From: Promethearchaeota archaeon
GTDB lineage: Archaea; Asgardarchaeota; Hermodarchaeia; Hermodarchaeales; Hermodarchaeaceae
NCBI GenBank assembly: GCA_048938295.1
Contig: JBHLMI010000001.1
Location: forward strand, 89,449-121,448
Length of the DNA stretch: 32,000 bases
Direction: 5' to 3'
Made by a program: the position numbers and the translations under genes. The stretch's first letter is position 1, and the number at the start of each line of letters is the position of its first letter. Positions 24,588-32,000 of this stretch are shown here, piece after piece. The notes under the pieces are model-generated. The model was not told where the DNA came from and did not search any database. It saw only the letters and a program-made list of their open reading frames with translations.

Positions 24588-26984
24588 ATGCCGAAAGTAG
24601 AAGTAGAACAACTTCGTGCACGATGTAAAAGTCGTGAATTTACCTGTAAAACTAGTGCTGAATTATCACTCCTAGAGGGCGTAGTGGGGCAGCCTCGGGC
24701 ACTGAATGCACTGCAATTTGGTTTAGAAATTCCTGATAAAGGCTTTAACATCTATGTGGCGGGCAGCCCCGGCACCGGCCGTACCACTGCGGTGAGCCGC
24801 TACCTAAAAGAGCTTGCAGCCAAGATGCGTGAAGTTCCCTCCGATTGGTGTTATGTGACCAATTATAAGAATCAGTTCAAGCCCACAGCCTTGGAGTTCC
24901 CTGCGGGGATGGGCAAGGTATTTGCCACGAAAATCGATAAGTTCGTTGAAGCGGCACGTACCTCCATTCAACGCATGATGGAAAGTGAAGAATATGCTCA
25001 GCAACGAGAAGAATTGACTAAATCCTATGAAACCCAACGCGATGAGCTCACTGAAGAAATGCGGGCTAAAGCACAAGAAGCTGGATTCGTATTACAGGGT
25101 ACTCAGACTGGGTTACTGATGGTGCCAGTTATCCAAGGAAAACCAGTCACACCCGATATGATTCCCAAACTGAAACCGGAAGTTCGAAAACAAATCGAAG
25201 AAAGCCGTACTGCTTTGGAATCCGAGTTACGTTCTGCCTTTCGAAAACTCCGGTCTCTTGAGCGGGATCTGCGTGAAGAGCTTAAGCAAATGGAAGAGAA
25301 AGGTGTCCGCTTTACCCTTGACCCCTTGATCAATGAAATTGAAGAAGAATTTAAGGGAAATGAGAAAGCAATCGTGTGGCTCAACCAACTCGCTGATGAC
25401 ATGATTGAGAATCTGAACGAGTTGATTGGGCGGGTCCCTCAAGGTCTTCCCCCTGAGCTCCTCCAGCGCTTGCCTTCACCTGAAGATTTTGCTAAACGCT
25501 ATAAAGTCAATCTCATTGTGGACAATTCTGAAACCGAGGGCCCCCCTATTGTCGAAGTGACTAATGCTTCATATGATCGGCTTTTCGGTGTCATTGAAAA
25601 AGAACCTCGCTTTGGCGCCCTGGTAACCGACACAACAATGATTCGCGCTGGTTATATCCACCAAGCTAACGGTGGTTATATCGTTATTCCTGTCCGCGAA
25701 CTACTTTTAGCACCTGCATCATATCAAGCCTTGAAACGTTCGCTTCAAAACGACGAGATTGTTATTGAGGAACCTGCCGCCGCCTTGGGCTTTCTTTCGG
25801 TTAAAACGTTGCACCCAGAACCAATTTCATTGAAAATCAAAGTCATCTTGATTGGTGAACCCCTATGGTATCAGCAGCTGTATCAGCTAGATCCTGATTT
25901 TCGTGAGCTCTTCAAGGTAAAGGCAGATTTTGATACATCAATGGATCGGAACAAAGAGGCTGTTAAAATCTACGGAGATTTTGTATGCACACTCACGGAA
26001 AAAGAAGGTCTTCTTCCCCTAAGTGTAGAAGCCATTGCAGAGGTTGTCGATTTCAGTTCAAGGCTAGCTGATGATCAAAGCAAATTATCGACTCGCTTTG
26101 ATGTTGTCTCTGATATTATCCGTGAAGCGAATTTTTATGCGAAAAAAGATGGAAAGAAGACAATTGAATTATTTCAGATCAAAAAAGCGGTGGATGAACG
26201 CTTCTTTCGATCCAGTTTGTATGCCGAGAAGGTTCGCGAATACATCAAAAAAGGGGTCATTCTCATTGACACCAAAGGCGAAGCAATCGGGCAAATCAAC
26301 GGCTTATCTGTTCTCTCATTAGGTGACTTTAGCTTTGGACAACCTTCACGTATCACTGCAACTGTAGCTCCTGGACCGGGACACGTGATTGACATTGAAC
26401 GGGAAGCTCAACTCAGCGGCCCAATCCAAATCAAAGGTGTCCAAATCCTCACCGGATTCATCCATGAAGCATTTGGACAAGACAAACCGCTTAGCCTGTC
26501 AGCACGGATCACTTTCGAACAAAGCTATGGTGGCGTTGATGGTGACAGTGCAAGCAGCACCGAACTTTATGCTCTACTTTCGGTCCTATCGGGTGTTCCA
26601 ATTCAGCAACGATTCGCCGTGACTGGCTCCGTCAACCAACATGGCCATGTGCAAGCCATCGGTGGAATTAACCAGAAAATCGAGGGCTACTTTGCCGTTT
26701 GCAAGGAAATTGGAATCACCGGTGACCAGGGGGTGCTGATGCCCGAATCTAACGTCCAAAACCTCATGCTCAAAGATGAGGTGATTGAAGCTGTGAAAGC
26801 TGGAAAATTCCATATCTATTCGATTCGAACCATCGAAGAAGGTATCGAACTACTCACAGGCATTCCAGCTGGTCAAAAACAGGCTGACGGAACATATCCG
26901 GCGAACTCCATTTTCGGGCGAGTCGATAAACGGCTCCAAGAAATGGCGAACATCATGCGAGAACATAACCGACCAACTGGATAA
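24588..26984 (+). CDS. LonC-type (S16) protease with AAA-like and coiled-coil domains
   Basis: 798 aa; VGQPRA, GSPGTGRT, coiled-coil insert, GYIHQANGG, DGDSASS (Ser), NQKIEG (Lys). Confidence 0.9.
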   Translation: MPKVEVEQLRARCKSREFTCKTSAELSLLEGVVGQPRALNALQFGLEIPDKGFNIYVAGSPGTGRTTAVSRYLKELAAKMREVPSDWCYVTNYKNQFKPTALEFPAGMGKVFATKIDKFVEAARTSIQRMMESEEYAQQREELTKSYETQRDELTEEMRAKAQEAGFVLQGTQTGLLMVPVIQGKPVTPDMIPKLKPEVRKQIEESRTALESELRSAFRKLRSLERDLREELKQMEEKGVRFTLDPLINEIEEEFKGNEKAIVWLNQLADDMIENLNELIGRVPQGLPPELLQRLPSPEDFAKRYKVNLIVDNSETEGPPIVEVTNASYDRLFGVIEKEPRFGALVTDTTMIRAGYIHQANGGYIVIPVRELLLAPASYQALKRSLQNDEIVIEEPAAALGFLSVKTLHPEPISLKIKVILIGEPLWYQQLYQLDPDFRELFKVKADFDTSMDRNKEAVKIYGDFVCTLTEKEGLLPLSVEAIAEVVDFSSRLADDQSKLSTRFDVVSDIIREANFYAKKDGKKTIELFQIKKAVDERFFRSSLYAEKVREYIKKGVILIDTKGEAIGQINGLSVLSLGDFSFGQPSRITATVAPGPGHVIDIEREAQLSGPIQIKGVQILTGFIHEAFGQDKPLSLSARITFEQSYGGVDGDSASSTELYALLSVLSGVPIQQRFAVTGSVNQHGHVQAIGGINQKIEGYFAVCKEIGITGDQGVLMPESNVQNLMLKDEVIEAVKAGKFHIYSIRTIEEGIELLTGIPAGQKQADGTYPANSIFGRVDKRLQEMANIMREHNRPTG

Positions 26985-27043
26985 ATTACGCTTCGCAATT
27001 CACTTTTAAGCATTTATCGCACAAGCCCATTTAGGACTGCCAG

Positions 27044-29890
27044 ATGTCTTCTAGCGGAGAATCTCAATTAAAACAAGAGGGTATTCACGACCCACACAGC
27101 CAGACCCTAGAGAAACTAGCCCAACAACTACACGCTGATCTGGAAAATGGGCTCATGAGCGGAGAAGCCCAGAAGCGGTTGGACATTTTTGGGCCAAATC
27201 AACTCCCAAGGATTCGTGGCTCCTTCTGGCGAGTCTATCTGGCTCCCATTCTAAATGGGTTAATTCTCATTTATCTAGTCGCTATTTGCTTGATGGCCGC
27301 TCTCGTGCTAATTTTTAATACCCCTGGTGTAGAGCAGGCCCTTATCTGGGTTGTAGTCATTGTATTCAATGCCATCCTGGCCATCGTTCAACAGTATCGT
27401 GCACAAAAGAAACTGGAAGCTCTCCAATCTCTGACGGCAGATACAACGGTGGTCATCCGTGAAGGTCTGAAGAAGGAAATTAACACCAAGGACGTGGTTC
27501 CTGGTGACATTGTTGTTCTTGCTCAAGGAGACAAGATTCCGGCGGACGGACGGCTCCTTGAAGCCAACCATCTGTCGGTAGTCGAAGCCTCACTCACCGG
27601 TGAGAGTGCCCCAGTAGAAAAAGAAGCCAGTGCAAAGCCATTACTGAGAGATATCCCGCTACATGAACGGTCGAACATGGTTTATAGTGGAACCTATATC
27701 GCAACAGGATCAGGACGCTGTCTTGTGGCCAATATCGGTGAAAGCACTGAAATAGGTCAAATAAGTGAAGGGCTTGAAACCCTCAACACTGGTGAAATAC
27801 CACTCCGACGCAAGGTCAATCGCTTGGCGGTTTATCTAGGTGTAGCTGCTCTCTTCTTAGGAATTTTAGGATTTGTCTCCTACATCGTTTTTCCCCGGCC
27901 CGTTGACGGGATTTTCCTAACGCTACCAGAGCTTGCGATGGAAGCCATCATCAACGCAATGACAGTAGCACCAATCAATATTCCACTTCTCACCACGATC
28001 ATCCTTCTCACTGGTGTGCTGGGAATGGCTACCCTAGGTGTTATCGTCAGTGACCTAACTGCAGTCGAAACTATTGGTCGTGTCAGTATCATTTGCACTG
28101 ACAAAACAGGAACTCTGACACGGAGCGAAATGATGGTAAGCCTAGTATGGGATGGCTCAGATCTTTTCCATGTAACTGGCGAAGGCTATAGTCCCAAAGG
28201 GGCAATTCAGTTGGTTGAGGAGAAAAAAGGCTTTGAAAAACCTATTGAGGTTGAAAATTACAATACCCTGTCATTACTCATACGCGTTGGTGCACTAAAT
28301 AACGATGCACAAGTCGTCCCAAACGAAGAATCGGATTTTGAAAACCAGTGGAAGGTCATCGGAGATCCTACAGAAGCCGCACTCATTGTCCTCCTTCGAA
28401 AGAGCGGTATCCCTGAAAGTTCTCTCTACTCCGCCTATCAACTGGAACAAGATTATCCTTTCGACTCTCGGTTGAAACGCATGACCCGTGTCTTCCGAAA
28501 TCCCGAAGGCGACTACATCGCCTTTGTAAAAGGTGCGACCGATGTCCTCCTCGAGCGATCAACTGCAATCGGTGATGATCGCACCAGTAAGCGACTAGCA
28601 AAGAAGCAAATCAAGGAAATCAGCGATTACGCAGACACCTATGCTAAAGGGGGATACCGTGTCCTCTCCCTTGGAATCCGGTATCTAGATGAATTGCCCT
28701 CAGGAAAAGGTATGACTCCCCGAGATCAGATAGAACAACAACTTACCTATCTGGGCTTTGTCTGTATTGTTGACCCACCACGCGAAGGAATTCGAGATGC
28801 TGTCGAAGAAGTCGCAAATGCAGGTATCCGCACCGTCATGATCACAGGTGATGCTGCGGGGACGGCTGAAACCATTGGCCGACAGCTTGCCATTGTCAAC
28901 GAGATGGACCTCGTTGTTGAAGGAAAAGACGCTCCTGCCATCAGTGACGATGACTTCAAGAGAGTAAGTGTATTCGCTCGCGTCAATCCTGAAGATAAAC
29001 AGGTAATCGTCGAACGGTACCAAAAGGCGAAACACGCAGTGGCGATGACGGGTGACGGGGTTAATGATGCGTTGGCACTAAGCATGAGCGATGTCGGTAT
29101 TGCTATGGGGATTACGGGCACTGATGTGGCCAAAGAAGCATCGGACTTGATTATCGCTGATGATAGCTACAACTCAATCGTTGAAGGCGTTCGGCAAGGC
29201 CGTGGGCTTTTTAACAAAATCCGCACAATGATTCTGTTCTACATCGCCATCAATGTGGCAGAGTCCATCATCTTCTTCGCAACCTTCTACCTTGGGCTCC
29301 GCTTCTTGACCTCCTGGCAACATATCTTCCTGGCTATCTCCAGCCACACTTGGCCAGGACTTGCCCTCACCTTTGACCGCAATCCCAAATATGTCATGGA
29401 TGAACCTCCCCGAGATACAGAAGGTGTCATAACTCGACCCTTAGGCACTTACCTTATTATCAATGCAATCCTCATATTCGTCGGGGCCGCAATCGCTTAT
29501 TTTGGCACTCTCTATGCTTTTCTTCCTGGAACAATTCCAGGAGATCCTCTCAATATTATGAAAGCTCAGATCATGACTATATGCGTCCTAGTCATAACCG
29601 AATCTCTAATGATGATAAGTATTCGTCGCATCAATCGATCTGCCCTTCAGTCAATTCGAGACGAAAGTTACTGGTTCATCTATCTTATGCTTGCGTTCGT
29701 ATTCCTCATGGTCTTGGTAGTCATGTACAGTCCCCTAATCAATGAAGTTCTTGCAGGAATTGGTATCAATTTCTACTTCGTTCCACTTACTACGCTGGAT
29801 TGGCTCGTTGTTATCGCCCTTGCAGTACCCGCAGTTGTCGGAATGGAAGTGATAAAATGGGCGGCTAGACACCGTGAAATCCACTTCTAG
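27044..29890 (+). CDS. P2-like P-type ATPase with non-canonical ion-binding residues
   Basis: 948 aa; LTGES, DKTGTLT, GDPTE, KGA, DPPR, MITGD, TGDGVND; TM4 motif is APINIP. Confidence 0.93.
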   Translation: MSSSGESQLKQEGIHDPHSQTLEKLAQQLHADLENGLMSGEAQKRLDIFGPNQLPRIRGSFWRVYLAPILNGLILIYLVAICLMAALVLIFNTPGVEQALIWVVVIVFNAILAIVQQYRAQKKLEALQSLTADTTVVIREGLKKEINTKDVVPGDIVVLAQGDKIPADGRLLEANHLSVVEASLTGESAPVEKEASAKPLLRDIPLHERSNMVYSGTYIATGSGRCLVANIGESTEIGQISEGLETLNTGEIPLRRKVNRLAVYLGVAALFLGILGFVSYIVFPRPVDGIFLTLPELAMEAIINAMTVAPINIPLLTTIILLTGVLGMATLGVIVSDLTAVETIGRVSIICTDKTGTLTRSEMMVSLVWDGSDLFHVTGEGYSPKGAIQLVEEKKGFEKPIEVENYNTLSLLIRVGALNNDAQVVPNEESDFENQWKVIGDPTEAALIVLLRKSGIPESSLYSAYQLEQDYPFDSRLKRMTRVFRNPEGDYIAFVKGATDVLLERSTAIGDDRTSKRLAKKQIKEISDYADTYAKGGYRVLSLGIRYLDELPSGKGMTPRDQIEQQLTYLGFVCIVDPPREGIRDAVEEVANAGIRTVMITGDAAGTAETIGRQLAIVNEMDLVVEGKDAPAISDDDFKRVSVFARVNPEDKQVIVERYQKAKHAVAMTGDGVNDALALSMSDVGIAMGITGTDVAKEASDLIIADDSYNSIVEGVRQGRGLFNKIRTMILFYIAINVAESIIFFATFYLGLRFLTSWQHIFLAISSHTWPGLALTFDRNPKYVMDEPPRDTEGVITRPLGTYLIINAILIFVGAAIAYFGTLYAFLPGTIPGDPLNIMKAQIMTICVLVITESLMMISIRRINRSALQSIRDESYWFIYLMLAFVFLMVLVVMYSPLINEVLAGIGINFYFVPLTTLDWLVVIALAVPAVVGMEVIKWAARHREIHF

Positions 29891-30126
29891 CCTGTTTCCA
29901 GAATCTTTTGGCTTCTATGGAGATTATGTCGGATATCAATATATAGAGGAAATTAAAACATCCCCCAGAGAAGATAACCTTAGTCAATATTGAGTGGAAT
30001 AAAGCATGCATGGTGTTGCAAACCTTGGGAAAAACGCGGTTCCTCCTTCAGTACCATGGGGTTTGGATATAGGGAGAACACTCCCTACTCGGTTTGTACT
30101 TAAGGAATGCAGTGTGGTGAGTCTTA

Positions 30127-31356
30127 ATGAGACTTCTCTATGGGATTAACACTAACGGGCAGGGGCATATTAACCGTGCTCGTGATGTCATTCGGCAACT
30201 CCTGCTCGATGGACATCAAGTTGACTGCTTGTTTAGTGGTCCAACACCACCATTGTATGCGAAATCACTATCCCGTCGCTGGCGGCATATCCCTGGATAT
30301 AAAATTAAATTTTCGGGTCATGGAATCAATGTCCCTGAAACACTGTTACAGAATCTGTTACATTTTCGTAACTTTCCCCGGATTTTTGAAAATGTTCGAC
30401 GGCTCGTAAAGCTGGAAGATTATGATGCAGTCATTACTGATTTTGAAGGCTTTTCCTGTATGGCTGGACTGGCTACCCAAAAACCAGTCATTTCCGTTGA
30501 TCATCAACATTCGTTGATTCATTTCAAACAGGTGCTGCCACCTGTTCAAGTCCACGATTTAATCGTAGGCATGGGCTTGGTTCTGTATTGCACACCACTC
30601 TGTCACCATTATTTTGCTATCGACTTCGTCCAAGAATTGCAACGCTCAGGAATTGGTACCCTCTTTCCACTATTTGAGAAATCTGAATTACTCGACTACA
30701 CCCCAACTGTGGAAGACCATTATTGTGTGTATCTACCTTATCTTCGGGAACAGCATCTCCTTAAGGTCTTGAAGACGTTCCCCGAGGAGCAGTTCAGAGT
30801 CTACGGTTATAACCGAAAAGAAACACATTGTAATATCTCCTTTGAACCTACAGGTCGGCAATCCTTCCTTAAAGACATGGCTTCAAGCAAAGGAGTCCTC
30901 ATGCATGCGGGCTTCTCATCTTCCTGGGAGGCTATTCTACTCAAGAAGCACATCTATCTCAATCCTCTCGATAATCACATTGAACAAGCCACCAACGCTC
31001 ACCGACTTGCAAAGATTGATCGGGCCCATGTAGCACCAATTTTAACACATGAAAGTGTTGCCGCCTTTCTCTCCAAGGCTCAAGACCAAGACTACCAAGT
31101 TAATGCAAATTTAACAATCACCCACCCCTCTGTACTCACCAATGCCATCTATGATCGCATTGACGACTTTGAACCCTTCGTCAGCTGGGCGATTGTCCGC
31201 AAACAGCTTAATCGTATTGCTGGAGGCATCAGTAACGGAATGGGTGGAGTTCGAGCCCAGGCTAGCCAAGCTGTTAACCACATTGCCCAACGTGTCAACA
31301 GTCGGTTTCTCAATCGCATAAAATCACCCCCTGAACTCCTTTCCAAACTTACCTGA
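30127..31356 (+). CDS. GT-B glycosyltransferase, MJ1255/GT28-like family
   Basis: 409 aa; LYGINTNGQGHINRA, ITDFE, SVDHQH, HAGFSSSWEA, HIEQATNA; GGTGA RBS at 30116-30120. Confidence 0.85.
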   Translation: MRLLYGINTNGQGHINRARDVIRQLLLDGHQVDCLFSGPTPPLYAKSLSRRWRHIPGYKIKFSGHGINVPETLLQNLLHFRNFPRIFENVRRLVKLEDYDAVITDFEGFSCMAGLATQKPVISVDHQHSLIHFKQVLPPVQVHDLIVGMGLVLYCTPLCHHYFAIDFVQELQRSGIGTLFPLFEKSELLDYTPTVEDHYCVYLPYLREQHLLKVLKTFPEEQFRVYGYNRKETHCNISFEPTGRQSFLKDMASSKGVLMHAGFSSSWEAILLKKHIYLNPLDNHIEQATNAHRLAKIDRAHVAPILTHESVAAFLSKAQDQDYQVNANLTITHPSVLTNAIYDRIDDFEPFVSWAIVRKQLNRIAGGISNGMGGVRAQASQAVNHIAQRVNSRFLNRIKSPPELLSKLT

Positions 31357-31413
31357 AACCAAACCTTTTTCTTCCAATCACCTATGAAGGCATTCCTTCA
31401 CAGGTGAAAAATT

Positions 31414-32000
31414 ATGGTTGATGAGCGAATATCACGACTTGCCCAACTAACCATCGAATATTCCCTGGGGGTCAAAAAAGGCGATCTCGTCGGCATCAGC
31501 GCCCCCGCCTTCAGCGAACCTCTCGTCCTTGAACTCACCCGAGAAATCATGAAAGCTGGCGGCCATCCATTTACTCGAATCTATCTCTCACGTGGCCAAG
31601 AACTCTTCTTCAAATACGCCCAAGACCACCAGTTGGATTATGTGAATCCCCTCATTCTTGACATGATTGACAAAATCGACAGCTACATTGTCATCCACTC
31701 ATCGGATAACCGAAAAGCAATGGCAAACGTAGATCCAGCTAAACAAGCTCGTGCTGCCAAAGCCCAAACCGAGCTTCAACAACGCTTCATGGCCCGGCTT
31801 AAGCAAGGCTGGTATGCATTGGTCCCTTACCCAACTGCTAGTCTGGCACAAGAGGGTGTCATGGGCACCGAGGAATACGAAGACTTCGTATACAGTGCTT
31901 GCCTAGTCGACAAACCAAATCCGGTGAAATTGTGGCAAAAACTAAGCAAAACCCAAGCTAAAATCACCAAGTACCTCAACACGAAAAACCTCATCCGGTT
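31414..32000 (+). CDS. M29-family aminopeptidase (AmpS/AmpT-like), 5' part, runs off the window
   Basis: Translated by hand: MVDERISRLAQLTIEYSLGVKKGD...AGGHP...LVPYPTASLAQEGVMGTEEYEDFVYSAC...WQKL; AGGTGA RBS at 31402-31407. Confidence 0.88.
   Translation, partial: MVDERISRLAQLTIEYSLGVKKGDLVGISAPAFSEPLVLELTREIMKAGGHPFTRIYLSRGQELFFKYAQDHQLDYVNPLILDMIDKIDSYIVIHSSDNRKAMANVDPAKQARAAKAQTELQQRFMARLKQGWYALVPYPTASLAQEGVMGTEEYEDFVYSACLVDKPNPVKLWQKLSKTQAKITKYLNTKNLIR

Noticed and set aside
27044-29890. Calling the ATPase a true P4 flippase
   Set aside because: It has TGES and GDGVND, keeps the second TM4 proline and P2 spacing, and no CDC50-like gene is in the window.
30070-30087. 7-bp hairpin TAGGGAG-aaca-CTCCCTA before the glycosyltransferase gene (a similar 6-bp stem at 31385-31400)
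   Set aside because: Too short to assign a function, and no U-tract or recognisable RNA family.

Overview
Archaeal window. GGTGA-type ribosome-binding sites, DUF2116, a PGF-like sorting tail and a TPR expansion-type protein suggest an Asgard-like lineage, but that is inference. (1) 1-12006 is a putative catabolic cluster: FGGY kinase, HisC-like PLP enzyme, APC permease, metallophosphoesterase, phospholipase-B-like Ntn hydrolase, glycerol dehydrogenase, a racemase-like class III PLP enzyme and a form IV RuBisCO-like protein. (2) 12.1-18.8 kb holds a HEAT-repeat protein, GDPD, MsrB, a rearranged patch with a surface protein and a fumarate hydratase fragment, and a TPR-nitrilase fusion. (3) 18.8-23.2 kb is the main discovery. 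An orphan group 4 [NiFe]-hydrogenase large-subunit gene is followed by three displaced, progressively decayed copies of its own 3' end, each separated by one cargo gene. This looks like a serial gene-capture array at a protein-coding target, with no integrase in the window. (4) 23.3-32 kb holds a CPBP protease, a LonC-type protease, a P2-like ATPase with a non-canonical ion site (PINIP in place of PEGLP), an MJ1255-like glycosyltransferase and a partial M29 aminopeptidase. I found no rRNA, tRNA, CRISPR array or transposase. All family calls and alignments are by-eye motif recognition, and all counts were done by hand.
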